Assembly (NCBI GenBank): GCA_963735755.1
Contig: CAVTME010000005.1
Span: forward strand, 150,973-214,972
Direction: 5' to 3'
DNA from: an uncultured Bacteroidota bacterium
Lineage (GTDB): Bacteria > Bacteroidota > Bacteroidia > Bacteroidales > GCA-2748055
DNA length: 64,000 nt
How positions within the stretch are numbered: position 1 is the stretch's first letter; each line of letters opens with the position of its first letter. The notes beneath the pieces were generated by a model. The model made no database searches. It was not told the origin of the DNA and saw nothing but the letters and a program-made list of their open reading frames with translations. This document shows, piece after piece, positions 30,907 to 40,875 of the stretch. A program made the position numbers and the translations under genes.

Positions 30907-31860
30907 ATGATCAGCAGGAGACAATTACGTATAAAAGCACTGCAGACGCTGTATGCTTATTATAAGACGGGCAGAGAAGAGATGAGCCGTTCTGAAAAGG
31001 AGCTGCATTTCAATATTGAGAAGGCATTCGAGCTTTATCACTACCTGCTTTTACTGGTAATTGACGTGGTCCTTTATTCCGAATCAAGGATAGAGCTTGC
31101 CCGCAACAAGCGCATTCCCACCGAAGAGGACCTTCACCCCAATACGCGTTTTCTTAACAACCGCGTGATTGATCAGCTGAGAAACAACGATCAGTTGCTC
31201 AGGTACATCGATCAGCATAAGCTGAACTGGGCCAACTATCCGGAACTGGTAAAGGAGATCTATGCCCGGATGCTGGAGAGTGAAGAATTTGCCTCCTATA
31301 TGGGTGCGGAAGAGAGCACATATGCTGAAGATAAGAAGATGGTTGCCCTGCTGTACACCCATATTATCTTTCCCAGTGAATTGCTAACATCCATACTGGA
31401 GGAGCAGAGTATATACTGGAACGATGACCTGGAGTTTATCACCAGCATGATCGTCAAGACCATCAAGAAGTTCAAGGAGACCGATGGTCCGGAGAAGCGC
31501 CTGATGGAGCTCTACAAGAACGAGGAGGACAGGGAATATGTGGTTAAATTGTTCAGGCAGACCATTCTTCACCGGGATGAATATGTGGAGTATGTGAAAC
31601 AGAATACCAGGAATTGGGACCTCGAGAGGATCGCTTTTATGGATATTCTGATTATGCAGATGGCCCTGGCTGAGCTTGTGGCCTTCCCATCCATCCCTAC
31701 CAAAGTAACTCTCAATGAATATCTTGAGATATCGAAGTTTTACAGTACATCCAAAAGTAATGTCTTTATCAACGGTGTACTTGACAAAGTGGTTATTCAG
31801 TTGAAGGAGGAGAAAAAGATCCAGAAAAAGGGAAGAGGCCTCATTGGTGAGGGTGAGTAG
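30907..31860 (+). CDS. nusB: Transcription antitermination factor NusB (long Bacteroidota form)
   Basis: MISRRQLRIKALQTLYAY N-terminus, and a C-terminal NusB fold region (RNWDLERIAFMDILIMQMALAEL...INEYLEISKFYST.KS..FINGVLD). Confidence 0.85.
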   Translation: MISRRQLRIKALQTLYAYYKTGREEMSRSEKELHFNIEKAFELYHYLLLLVIDVVLYSESRIELARNKRIPTEEDLHPNTRFLNNRVIDQLRNNDQLLRYIDQHKLNWANYPELVKEIYARMLESEEFASYMGAEESTYAEDKKMVALLYTHIIFPSELLTSILEEQSIYWNDDLEFITSMIVKTIKKFKETDGPEKRLMELYKNEEDREYVVKLFRQTILHRDEYVEYVKQNTRNWDLERIAFMDILIMQMALAELVAFPSIPTKVTLNEYLEISKFYSTSKSNVFINGVLDKVVIQLKEEKKIQKKGRGLIGEGE

Positions 31861-31907
31861 AATGGACAAAATGTCAGACATTCGGCTTTGGAACAATGAT
31901 TGATAAT

Positions 31908-31985
31908 GGTAAGAGGTAAATAGTAAGTAGTAAATAGTAAGTAGTAAATATAAGTAAATGTAAGTAAGTAGTAAATGGTAAGTAG
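31908..31985. repeat. GTAA/GTAG-rich degenerate tandem repeat (unit about AGTAAGTAGTAAAT)
   Basis: GGTAAGAGGTAAAT AGTAAGTAGTAAAT AGTAAGTAGTAAAT ATAAGTAAATGTAAGTAAGTAGTAAATGGTAAGTAG. It has two perfect 14-mers plus degenerate copies, and lies between nusB and yajC. Confidence 0.8.
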
Positions 31986-32012
31986 ATATAAACTAATTTA
32001 ATTTTTTTAAGC

Positions 32013-32348
32013 ATGAGTTTCTTATTTCAAGTGTTAACTGCAACTGGGGCAGCTTCAGGCCCCGGTGGAGCTGGTATGCAATCCCTGATCTTTTTACTTT
32101 TGATCATCGTTGTTTTCTATTTTTTTATGATACGCCCCCAGGTAAAGAAGCAAAAGGAAGCAACCAACTTCAGGAACGCACTAAAAAAGGGTGATAAGGT
32201 GGCCACCACGGGTGGTATTTATGGTAAGATTACTGATGTAAAGGACAGGACTGTTACCCTGGAGATTGCTGACAATGTGCTTGTCAAAGTAGACAAGGCT
32301 GCAGTAACGGCTGATCCTGGTGACCAGCCTGCACCTGCGAAAAAATAG
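32013..32348 (+). CDS. yajC: Preprotein translocase subunit YajC
   Basis: A single TM helix, then FFMIRPQVKKQKE...LKKGDKV.TTGGIYGKI..V.D..V.LEIA. Confidence 0.85.
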   Translation: MSFLFQVLTATGAASGPGGAGMQSLIFLLLIIVVFYFFMIRPQVKKQKEATNFRNALKKGDKVATTGGIYGKITDVKDRTVTLEIADNVLVKVDKAAVTADPGDQPAPAKK

Positions 32349-32363
32349 ATCCAAACCACTGTT

Positions 32364-33359
32364 GTGGAAAACGGTTTCCTCCAGAATTGGCCCAGGGTGT
32401 CAGAGGGACAGAAACTGCAATTCAGGAAAAAGGTCCTGTTGTTTTCTGTCTTTCTGATGATATCTGTGTTTATCTGGTTGCTCAATGCGCTGAGCAAGAA
32501 TTATAGCTCCGTCATTGAATATCCCCTGGTCTATACTGATCTCCCCGTGGAGAGGGTTTTTGTAGGGGAATTGCCCGGTCATCTTGATCTCAGCATCAAT
32601 GCTTCCGGGTATGCCATACTGAGGTACAAAACATTCAGGAAACCGGTTCCCATCAGTTTCAATGTATCGGCTTTTACCCTGAACAGGCCTGGCCAGGACA
32701 GCAGCAGGGCTTATATTCAGACACGGTACCTGAAAGACCAGGTGTCGAGGCAACTGCCCTCTGATTTGCAATTGCTGGAGATCAAGCCTGATACCCTTCA
32801 TTTCCAGTTTGCCAGGAGCTTGACCAGGGTGTTGCCGGTCAGACCGGTATTTGGTTTTGAGACGGATAAACAGTTTACCACAAAGGATGGTATTCAACTG
32901 GAACCCGATTCTGTTTCAGTTACCGGACCCGATGTGATTCTCGATACAATGACCCATGTGCCGACCATTCAAACCGACCTGGGATTACTTTCAAAGAATT
33001 ATAGCGATAAGGTGAAACTTCAGATGCTGCATGATCTGGAATATGAAGTTTCAAAGGTTCATTGTTCCATTGAACTGGAGCGATACACAGAGGTGCAGCT
33101 TTCCATTCCCATTGAAGTGGTGAATCTGCCCGACAGCCTTTCCATCCGGACTTTTCCTGATGAGATAAAGCTTACCTGTACAGTGGGCCTCAGTAAATAT
33201 GACCGGATGGACAACAACATGTTTCGTGCGGTGGTAGATTATGCAAGTGTGAAGGATCGGATAAATGAACTTGATGTGAGCCTTAGCAATATACCGGCTT
33301 ACTTGCTTGGATATGAGTACTATCCAAAGTCTGTGGAGTTCCTTATTTCAAGGCGGTGA
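32364..33359 (+). CDS. YbbR-like domain-containing protein (GTG start in the ORF track; ATG at 32457 is an alternative)
   Basis: N-terminal TM helix followed by repeated beta-rich modules. The position between yajC and coaE is the conserved one. Confidence 0.6.
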   Translation: MENGFLQNWPRVSEGQKLQFRKKVLLFSVFLMISVFIWLLNALSKNYSSVIEYPLVYTDLPVERVFVGELPGHLDLSINASGYAILRYKTFRKPVPISFNVSAFTLNRPGQDSSRAYIQTRYLKDQVSRQLPSDLQLLEIKPDTLHFQFARSLTRVLPVRPVFGFETDKQFTTKDGIQLEPDSVSVTGPDVILDTMTHVPTIQTDLGLLSKNYSDKVKLQMLHDLEYEVSKVHCSIELERYTEVQLSIPIEVVNLPDSLSIRTFPDEIKLTCTVGLSKYDRMDNNMFRAVVDYASVKDRINELDVSLSNIPAYLLGYEYYPKSVEFLISRR

Positions 33360-33949
33360 TGTACCAGGTAGGTATAACAGGTGGAATAGGAAGCGGTAAA
33401 ACGCTTGTTTGCCATATGCTAAAGGTGCTTGGTATTCCGGTGTACAATGCAGACAGTGAGGCCAGGAGAATGATGAACGATCATCCTGTGTTAAGAGAGC
33501 AGATAGAAGATCTCCTTGGGAAGGAAGCTTATAAGGAAGGTATACTGGATCGAAGGCACGTGGGCAACATGGTATTTGGAAACAGGGAGTTGCTTGATAA
33601 GCTGAATCATCTTGTACATCCCGCTGTACGGGAAGATTATGGCCAATGGGTAGCACAATGGTCTGATGTTCCCTATGTGGTGGAGGAAGCTGCCATATTG
33701 TTTGAGAGCGGGGCGCATCTACTTCTTGACAAAACAGTACTGGTATATGCACCAAGCGAGTTGCGGATCAACCGGGTCATGAAGCGAGATGGCGTTGCAT
33801 TGGAAGATGTTAAAAAACGCATGATGCACCAGATGGATGAGGATCAGAAGCGGATCCTGGCCGACGAGATCATAGTGAATGATGAAAGTCAGTTGTTGAC
33901 TCCGCAGGTAGTTTCATTGCATGAAAGAATAATCAATAGGAAAGTATAA
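33359..33949 (+). CDS. coaE: Dephospho-CoA kinase
   Basis: P-loop VGITGGIGSGKT plus ...VVEEAAILFESG. The ATG at 33359 shares a base with the upstream TGA. Confidence 0.88.
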   Translation: MYQVGITGGIGSGKTLVCHMLKVLGIPVYNADSEARRMMNDHPVLREQIEDLLGKEAYKEGILDRRHVGNMVFGNRELLDKLNHLVHPAVREDYGQWVAQWSDVPYVVEEAAILFESGAHLLLDKTVLVYAPSELRINRVMKRDGVALEDVKKRMMHQMDEDQKRILADEIIVNDESQLLTPQVVSLHERIINRKV

Positions 33950-33951
33950 TT

Positions 33952-34683
33952 ATGGCAAAATTTGGAAAATGGGTTGGACTGGGTCTGGGCTGGGCACTTG
34001 GAGGTCCCATTGGAGGTATTCTGGGACTGGCCGTTGGTTCAATTTTCGATTCAGGAGCCAACGCAGCACCAGGGCAGGCCAGGGATGTGAGAACCCGAAC
34101 ATTGAGAGGAGATTACGCTGCCTCATTGCTGGTATTAATTGCAGCGGTTATGAAGGCCGACGGCAGGGTGATGAAAAGTGAACTGGACTATGTAAAACGC
34201 TATTTTACCACCCGGTTCGGAGAGGATACTGCCTCGGAAGCGGTGGTTATGCTCAGGGATATTTTAAAACAGGAGATCCCGCTCCGGGATGTGACCCACC
34301 AGTTGTCTCAGAAACTTGACTATTCCTATCGGCTGGAAATGCTTCATTTCCTGTTTGGTATAGCATCAGCAGACGGAACGGTTAGTGATTCCGAGAACAA
34401 TGTGATTCAGCGTATCTCAGGTTATATGAGCATTACCGACTCCGATTTTCAGAGCATCCGGGCCATGTTTGTTAGCCAGACCGATGCTTCCTATAAAATC
34501 CTTGAAATTGAACCTACAGTGTCAGATGAAGATGTGAAGAAAGCGTTCCGTCGGATGGCCATGAAATACCATCCGGATAAGGTAAGCCACCTTGGAGAGG
34601 ATTTCAAAAAGGTGGCGCACGAAAAATTCCGCAAAGTCCAGGAAGCATATGATCAGATTAAGAAGCAGCGTGGAATCAACTAG
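33952..34683 (+). CDS. TerB-like domain + C-terminal J-domain protein (DjlA-like co-chaperone)
   Basis: Gly-rich membrane-anchor-like N-terminus, a TerB-like middle region (AAVMKADGRVMKSELDYV...ASADGTVSDSENNVI), and a J domain with the HPD motif (AFRRMAMKYHPDKV). Confidence 0.7.
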   Translation: MAKFGKWVGLGLGWALGGPIGGILGLAVGSIFDSGANAAPGQARDVRTRTLRGDYAASLLVLIAAVMKADGRVMKSELDYVKRYFTTRFGEDTASEAVVMLRDILKQEIPLRDVTHQLSQKLDYSYRLEMLHFLFGIASADGTVSDSENNVIQRISGYMSITDSDFQSIRAMFVSQTDASYKILEIEPTVSDEDVKKAFRRMAMKYHPDKVSHLGEDFKKVAHEKFRKVQEAYDQIKKQRGIN

Positions 34684-34716
34684 AAGTGCTATATTTGCTT
34701 CACTTTTTATAATTAT

Positions 34717-35235
34717 ATGAAGACGATCAAACTAAAAGACATTTTATCCATCTCTGGAAAAGGGGGATTGTTCAAATTTATCGCCCAGGCCCGCAACGGG
34801 ATTGTTGTGGAATCCATTGATGATGATAAACGGCATGTAGCTCCATCCACTGCGCGGGTAAGCTCACTTGAAGATATAGCAATCTTCACCCGGGAAGAAG
34901 AGGTTGCTCTGGCAGATATTTTTATGATAATTCATGACAGGAGTGAGGGCAAAGAGACCATTTCACATAAGGCATCTTCGGATGAACTGAAGAAGTTTTT
35001 CGAGGAACTCGTACCAGATTACGACGATGAGAGGGTCTATGTATCCGATATCAAAAAAGTATTCCAGTGGTACAACCAGCTCCATGCACATGGATTGCTG
35101 GAGGTGATTGATAAGGAAGAGGAAGGAGAGGAAGCATCTTCTGAGGAAGATACGCCTGCGAAGGATACGCCTGCGAAGGATAACGCCTGCGAAGGAAACA
35201 CCGGAGAAAGATCTGCCGGAATAGAAATCCGGTGA
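34717..35235 (+). CDS. Hypothetical protein (probably DUF5606 family) with an acidic repetitive tail
   Basis: LKDILSISGKGGLFKFIAQARNGIVVESI resembles my memory of DUF5606. The tail contains a PAKDT direct repeat. Confidence 0.45.
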   Translation: MKTIKLKDILSISGKGGLFKFIAQARNGIVVESIDDDKRHVAPSTARVSSLEDIAIFTREEEVALADIFMIIHDRSEGKETISHKASSDELKKFFEELVPDYDDERVYVSDIKKVFQWYNQLHAHGLLEVIDKEEEGEEASSEEDTPAKDTPAKDNACEGNTGERSAGIEIR

Positions 35236-35240
35236 GACCC

Positions 35241-36017
35241 CTACATAGACTTGGCCTCCTGCCAGATGGCTTCCATCTCCTGGAGGCTCATCTCTTTCAG
35301 TGACTTACCCGATTCGAGGGCCTTTTTCTCCAGGTATTTGAAACGCTTGATGAATTTTCGGTTTGTTCGTTCCAGGGCAGTTTCGGGTTCAATGTCGTAA
35401 AGCCTGGCGGCGTTTACAATGGAGAAGAGAAGGTCTCCGAATTCATCCTCCATTTTTGAATGATCCTGGCCATTGATCACTTCATGTTTTACTTCATTCA
35501 TCTCCTCAGCCACCTTATCCCAAACCTGTTCGCGATGATCCCAGTCAAATCCGACTGCACGCACCTTATCCTGGATCCTGTGGGACTTGATCATGGCCGG
35601 CAAAGATATGGGTACCCCTGCCAGAACCGAGCGGTTGCCCTCCTTCATCTTCAGCTCTTCCCAGTTCTCAATCACTTCGACAGAATCTTTTACTTTTCTG
35701 TCTCCAAATACATGCGGATGCCTGAAAATCAGCTTTTTATTAATTCCATTTATCACGTCGGCGATATCAAAAGCACCCTTCTCTGATCCAATTTTGGAGT
35801 AGAAAACAATATGTAGCAGCAGGTCCCCCAGTTCCTTTCTGATTTCCTCCAGATCCTGATCCATGATGGCGTCGGCAAGTTCATAGGTCTCTTCGATGGT
35901 CAGGTTTCTCAGGCTGTCCAGGCTTTGTTCCCGGTCCCATGGACACTTTTCTCTCAATTCGTCCATGATTTCCAGAAGCTGTTCAAAGGCTTTAAGTTTC
36001 TCTTCTGTGCTATGCAT
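35241..36017 (-). CDS. mazG: Nucleoside triphosphate pyrophosphohydrolase MazG
   Basis: LREKCPWDREQSLDSLRNLTIEETYELADAI plus a second MazG repeat (EEMNEV...EDEFGDLLFSIVN). The ATG at 36017 is preferred over the TTG at 36038. Confidence 0.85.
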   Translation of the reverse strand: MHSTEEKLKAFEQLLEIMDELREKCPWDREQSLDSLRNLTIEETYELADAIMDQDLEEIRKELGDLLLHIVFYSKIGSEKGAFDIADVINGINKKLIFRHPHVFGDRKVKDSVEVIENWEELKMKEGNRSVLAGVPISLPAMIKSHRIQDKVRAVGFDWDHREQVWDKVAEEMNEVKHEVINGQDHSKMEDEFGDLLFSIVNAARLYDIEPETALERTNRKFIKRFKYLEKKALESGKSLKEMSLQEMEAIWQEAKSM

Positions 36018-36018
36018 C

Positions 36019-36804
36019 TTATCCTTCTTTAAATTCAACCCTGATGGTTGAGCTGGTCGTTAGCTTTAATAGCCCTGCTGCATTCCCATTCCTTATGGCT
36101 ATCTCAAGGAGGTCTACAGCATTAAATATGGCAAGCAGGTCGCCAGGTTGTGATTCATTGTACCTTTCATTGATACCGTCCAGTACATAGTGTTTGCTCT
36201 GTACATAAATCCGGAATGGTCTGCCTTTTCCTACCCGGTCAAAAAACTCCCTGGAAATGTTGGTAATGGCATTCCGATAAGAATCAATATGGATCACCCT
36301 TCCGGTAATGGTATGATCCTCAATGGTGGGGCGGAGAGGCACCTGCCTGTCATAGGAATCGGTGGAACTCCCCAATTTCTCCAATGGCGTTCCGCCAGCC
36401 AGTTTGCAGGCCACATCGGCAAAAATGGACATGGAGATAAAACTGGATGAACTGTGCTCCGGATTCTCCTCGATACGAATGACCTGATCCGGTTCAGGCC
36501 CACCCAGTAAACCAAGTATGCCATTGTCTGCGCACAGAAAATACTGACCTGCCATCCGGGCTGCAAGCAACTGGCCACCCTCAGCCGGTTCCGAGTTTAC
36601 AGCAATGATATGGATGGTGCCTTCAGGAAAACTGGGATAACTGTTTCGAACCAGGAATGCTGCCTGGGCCGAATTGAAAGGAATAACTTTGTGGCTGATA
36701 TCCACTACCCTGATTTCTGCACAGTTGGTAAGAAGTTTCCCTTTTAGTGATGCCACATAATAGTCATCATCATTCCAGTCGGACGTAAGGGTGATAATGT
36801 GCAT
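36019..36804 (-). CDS. SAM hydroxide adenosyltransferase / SAM-dependent chlorinase-fluorinase family (DUF62) protein
   Basis: The N-terminus IITLTSDW.DDDYYVASLKG and the length of ~260 aa match the family as I remember it. Confidence 0.6.
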   Translation of the reverse strand: MHIITLTSDWNDDDYYVASLKGKLLTNCAEIRVVDISHKVIPFNSAQAAFLVRNSYPSFPEGTIHIIAVNSEPAEGGQLLAARMAGQYFLCADNGILGLLGGPEPDQVIRIEENPEHSSSSFISMSIFADVACKLAGGTPLEKLGSSTDSYDRQVPLRPTIEDHTITGRVIHIDSYRNAITNISREFFDRVGKGRPFRIYVQSKHYVLDGINERYNESQPGDLLAIFNAVDLLEIAIRNGNAAGLLKLTTSSTIRVEFKEG

Positions 36805-36890
36805 GGGATTTCGGCAGGGATTTTCTTATTGGAATGTTGAAAAAAACAGCTTAATTTGTGGTTCCAAAATTAGTGATTATAATTTGATTT

Positions 36891-37871
36891 ATGGCTGAAA
36901 AGCTGATCTATTTGGATGGTATTGATCCGGTTGATTTCTATGGTGTCAACAACGTTCGCTTCAATAAATTCATTGAAATTTTCGACGATCTGAAGATTGT
37001 TTCCCGGGGTAATGAGATAAGGGCTACAGGAGATGAAAAGAGGCTCGGGGAATTTGAGGAAAAGGTTGAGCTTATTATCAGGTACCTGCGCAAATTTAAT
37101 GTGGTGAACCTGGCTGATCTGGAGGAATTGATCAATGGAAAGGCTGATCACAAAATGGAAGCGCCCGGACCCGATGGTGAGGTACTTTTACATGGTGAAC
37201 GGGGCAGGAGGATCATGGCCATCACCGTGAACCAAAAACGGCTTGTGGATGAAGGGGAAGTGAACGATCTGCTTATTGCGGTGGGACCTGCCGGTACCGG
37301 TAAAACCTATACGGCTATTGCCATGGCAGTTCGGTCACTGAAGGAGAAAGAGGTGAAGCGGATCATTCTCACAAGACCAGCCGTAGAAGCTGGTGAAAAA
37401 CTGGGATTTCTACCCGGGGATTTTAAAGAGAAACTGGATCCTTATCTGCAGCCCCTGTACGATGCGCTGAGGGACATGATACCTGCCAAAAAACTGATTC
37501 AGTTTATTGAAGAGGGAACCATCCAGATCGCACCTTTGGCATACATGCGGGGCCGGACCCTTGATCACGCTTTTGTGATCCTGGACGAAGCACAGAACGC
37601 TACATCCAGCCAGTTTAAAATGTTTCTGACCAGGATGGGTCCCGATGCCAGGTTTATTGTCACAGGCGACGATACACAGATCGATCTGCCCAGGCATGTA
37701 GACTCCGGACTGATACAGGCCATGAGGATTCTGAAAGGAATAAAGGGGATCTCTGTTATAAGGTTTGACGAGCGCGACATCATCAGGCACCGCCTCGTAA
37801 AATCCATTGTAAAGGCCTACAATGGGGAGGAGAAAGTGGCAAAGGAAAAGGCAAAGGAGAAAGAAAAGTAA
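36891..37871 (+). CDS. PhoH family ATPase
   Basis: Walker A GPAGTGKTYTAIAMAV, ILTRPAVEAGEKLGFLPGD, and FVILDEAQN. Confidence 0.88.
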   Translation: MAEKLIYLDGIDPVDFYGVNNVRFNKFIEIFDDLKIVSRGNEIRATGDEKRLGEFEEKVELIIRYLRKFNVVNLADLEELINGKADHKMEAPGPDGEVLLHGERGRRIMAITVNQKRLVDEGEVNDLLIAVGPAGTGKTYTAIAMAVRSLKEKEVKRIILTRPAVEAGEKLGFLPGDFKEKLDPYLQPLYDALRDMIPAKKLIQFIEEGTIQIAPLAYMRGRTLDHAFVILDEAQNATSSQFKMFLTRMGPDARFIVTGDDTQIDLPRHVDSGLIQAMRILKGIKGISVIRFDERDIIRHRLVKSIVKAYNGEEKVAKEKAKEKEK

Positions 37872-37880
37872 AAAGTAATT

Positions 37881-37900
37881 GGTAAGTTGTAAATAGTAAG
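37881..37900. repeat. Single copy of the GTAA/GTAG-rich repeat family
   Basis: GGTAAGTTGTAAATAGTAAG sits 10 nt after the phoH stop. The core is the same as at 28341 and 31908. Confidence 0.55.
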
Positions 37901-37914
37901 AAAAAACTCATGTT

Positions 37915-38859
37915 ATGGCCAATGCATTAAAGGGTACCCGGTTTAATCTGAAAGGACAAAAAAATCTCTATACAGGGAAAGTCAGGGACGTGTATAACAT
38001 CAACGATGACTATCTGATCATGGTGGTGTCGGACAGGATCTCGGCTTTTGATGTGGTACTGCCAAAGGGTATTCCCTACAAGGGACAGGTGTTGAATCAG
38101 ATTGCTTCCAAATTCCTGGATGCTACTGCAGACATTGTACCCAACTGGAAAATTGAATCTCCCGATCCCAATGTGACGGTTGGACACCTGGCTGATCCAT
38201 ATAAAGTTGAAATGGTGATCCGGGGCTATCTGACCGGTCACGCATGGAGAGAGTACCGGGAAGGAAAGCGGATGTTGTGCGGCGTGCCCATGCCGGAGGG
38301 GATGAAAGAGCATGACAGGTTCCCTGAACCAATTATCACGCCAACCACAAAGGCGGATGAGGGTCATGATGAGGATATCTCCAGGGAGGAGATCCTGGCC
38401 TCTGGGCTGGTGCCGGAGGAAGAGTATCTCAAACTGGAAGATTACACCAGGAAGCTTTTCCAGCGGGGAACGGAGATGGCTGGGCAGATGGGCCTGATTC
38501 TTGTAGATACGAAATATGAATTTGGAATGAAGGAGGGAGAGATTTTGTTGATTGACGAGATCCATACGCCTGATTCATCCCGCTATTTTTATGCTGAGGG
38601 TTATCAGGAACGGCAGGAAAGGGGAGTGCAGCAAAAGCAGCTTTCCAAGGAGTTTGTGAGGCAGTGGTTGATCAGCAATGGATTCCAGGGAAAAGAAGGA
38701 CAGCTTGTCCCAGAAATGCCCGAGGCGTTTGTGAAGGAGGTGAGTGAGCGATATATTGAATTATTCGAGAACATCACAGGAGAGACCTTCGTTAAAGCTG
38801 ATACAAGTAGTATAGAAGAGCGGATTCTTAAGAACCTCAATGATTTTATTGCTAAATAG
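37915..38859 (+). CDS. purC: Phosphoribosylaminoimidazole-succinocarboxamide synthase (long form)
   Basis: [10 protein letters not shown]......[23 protein letters not shown], and [10 protein letters not shown]. Confidence 0.88.
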   Translation: MANALKGTRFNLKGQKNLYTGKVRDVYNINDDYLIMVVSDRISAFDVVLPKGIPYKGQVLNQIASKFLDATADIVPNWKIESPDPNVTVGHLADPYKVEMVIRGYLTGHAWREYREGKRMLCGVPMPEGMKEHDRFPEPIITPTTKADEGHDEDISREEILASGLVPEEEYLKLEDYTRKLFQRGTEMAGQMGLILVDTKYEFGMKEGEILLIDEIHTPDSSRYFYAEGYQERQERGVQQKQLSKEFVRQWLISNGFQGKEGQLVPEMPEAFVKEVSERYIELFENITGETFVKADTSSIEERILKNLNDFIAK

Positions 38860-40867
38860 AAGGCTATGGAGCCTGCTGCTGGGGCTGCTGCTGACCATGG
38901 CGGCTATCTCACAGGAACCTGTTGAGGTGGAGCGATCTGCCAACAAGGTCATCCTGGAAGGAAAGGTATACTATATCCATGTGGTTGAACCTGGCCAGAC
39001 GCTTTTTGCCATTGCACAGGCCTATCACATTTCTCAAAAGGAGATCGCTGTTGAAAATCCCGGTGTAATATCCGGAATCCAGATTGGACAGGCGCTGAAA
39101 ATCCCTGTGGAGCCTACCATTGAGGAGGAGATTGATACCTCGGAGGTGGAGTTGAGTTCACCTGGCAGAAACACACACAAAGTGAAGGCTGGTGAAACCT
39201 TTTACAGCATCTCCAGGCAGCATGGAATTACAGAGCTGGCTTTGAGAGAGGCCAATCCTTCCGTTCGTCCTGAAGGGTTGAAACCGGGCCAGCGGCTGGT
39301 TTTACCACAGCCAGTGAAGAAGGTAGAAGGACTGGAACAGGAACCGGCATACAATGAAGAGGGATTCGCCTATCACAAGGTGAAAAAACGGGAAACCCTC
39401 TATTCCATAGCCAGGTTTTATGAAGTGGATGTGGAGGATATTCGAGCGGCCAATCCTGAACTGGGATGGGGAGGACCCAAAACAGGCCAGGTGATCAGGA
39501 TACCCCAATCCCGGGAAATGAGTGCTTCTGAATCCGTTCAGGACTCTATATTCACCGGGGAGGTTCAGGAGACCTACTACTATGACGAACTTATGGCCAG
39601 TCATGACAACCGGAGACGCACCTACCGAATTGCATATTTTATACCTTTCGATTTTCAGGAACCAGAACCGCTGGATTCGCTGATCAAAGATGTGGCATCG
39701 GCTACCAGGCGGAACAGGATCATAGAGCGGTACCGGATGGAGCAGAAGACTCCCCAGTCGGTCCAGTTTCTGGAGTTCTTTCAGGGTTCTTTGCTGGCCC
39801 TTGATTCAATGAGGCAGACCGGGATGAAACTGGATGTCCGTTTTTTTGATACCAGAAAGAGCATTGACCAGACACTGTTATTACTGGAGAATCCCGAAAT
39901 GGAGGACATGGACCTGATCATTGGTCCTTTTTATGCTTTCAACCTGGAGATAGTGGCTGAATTTGCAAAAAGGGAAAAGATCCCCGTGGTCACCCCCTTC
40001 TTCAACGAAATGACCTATGCATGGGACAATCCATATCTTTTCCAGTTAAGTCCTTCCATGGAACTTGGATACCGGGAAGTGGCAAAACTTGTTGCGAGCA
40101 AACATACATACAACATTGTTTATGTGAGGGAAGAGGATTCTGTTGATGTGGAGCGGCATGGCCTGTTGCGGGAGATGATCTATGACGGGTTTGATGATTA
40201 CAGGCCAGAAGAACCGGTTATCTTTAAAGAGCTTGTCCTGACCCTGGAGCATACAGACGAGATCATACATTCACTTTCATCCGATCGGAAAAACCTGGTG
40301 ATTGTACCCACCAGGAACGAAGCCCTGGCCAGTCGTGTGGTTTCTTCACTTTATTACAGATTGAAGGACTTTGAAATTGAAATTGTGGGAACTCCCGACT
40401 GGACTGAGTTTTCGAGCATTGATTACAGATACTACCATGAGCTCAGTCTCATGTTTTACAATCCCTTCTGGATGGATTACCTGGATCCCGGGGTGGATGC
40501 GTATTTGCGCAAATTCAGGGATCATTTTTATGCCGAGCCCAGGGCCATGACCAGGAAAGGGATCAATTACGGGGTTGTCAGCTATGACATGACCCTATAC
40601 TTCGTCAATGCCCTGAAGATATTCGGCCCCCGTTTTATCCTTTCCCTTAGCGAATATCATCCCGAACTGGTGTTTGAACCCTATGTGTTTTCGAGGGTGT
40701 CGTCTGCAGGAGGATATGAGAATTCCACAATCCCTTTCTACCAGTTTCTTCCTGATATGACCATTCGCAAATTTGAGGTTCCGGAACTGCCCCGGCAGAA
40801 CTATTTTTTCCGTCCCTCGGATGATGAGAGACATAAATACCTGAATTACGATCCCGATCGAAAATAA
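38840..40867 (+). CDS. Exported protein with three LysM domains fused to a type-1 periplasmic-binding-protein-like domain
   Basis: Three LysM repeats ([59 protein letters not shown]), then ~430 aa with an alternating alpha/beta pattern (YRIAYFIPF...DLIIGPF...IPVVTPF). Confidence 0.65.
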   Translation: MILLLNRRLWSLLLGLLLTMAAISQEPVEVERSANKVILEGKVYYIHVVEPGQTLFAIAQAYHISQKEIAVENPGVISGIQIGQALKIPVEPTIEEEIDTSEVELSSPGRNTHKVKAGETFYSISRQHGITELALREANPSVRPEGLKPGQRLVLPQPVKKVEGLEQEPAYNEEGFAYHKVKKRETLYSIARFYEVDVEDIRAANPELGWGGPKTGQVIRIPQSREMSASESVQDSIFTGEVQETYYYDELMASHDNRRRTYRIAYFIPFDFQEPEPLDSLIKDVASATRRNRIIERYRMEQKTPQSVQFLEFFQGSLLALDSMRQTGMKLDVRFFDTRKSIDQTLLLLENPEMEDMDLIIGPFYAFNLEIVAEFAKREKIPVVTPFFNEMTYAWDNPYLFQLSPSMELGYREVAKLVASKHTYNIVYVREEDSVDVERHGLLREMIYDGFDDYRPEEPVIFKELVLTLEHTDEIIHSLSSDRKNLVIVPTRNEALASRVVSSLYYRLKDFEIEIVGTPDWTEFSSIDYRYYHELSLMFYNPFWMDYLDPGVDAYLRKFRDHFYAEPRAMTRKGINYGVVSYDMTLYFVNALKIFGPRFILSLSEYHPELVFEPYVFSRVSSAGGYENSTIPFYQFLPDMTIRKFEVPELPRQNYFFRPSDDERHKYLNYDPDRK

Positions 40868-40875
40868 ATTTCCAC

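Noticed and set aside
31908-31985. Possible CRISPR array (repeated GTAAGTAGTAAAT units)
   Set aside because: The units are only about 14 bp and directly abut without spacers, and no cas genes are present. It is a degenerate microsatellite or minisatellite.
37927-38565. 212-aa minus-strand ORF
   Set aside because: It is antisense to purC and is a shadow ORF.
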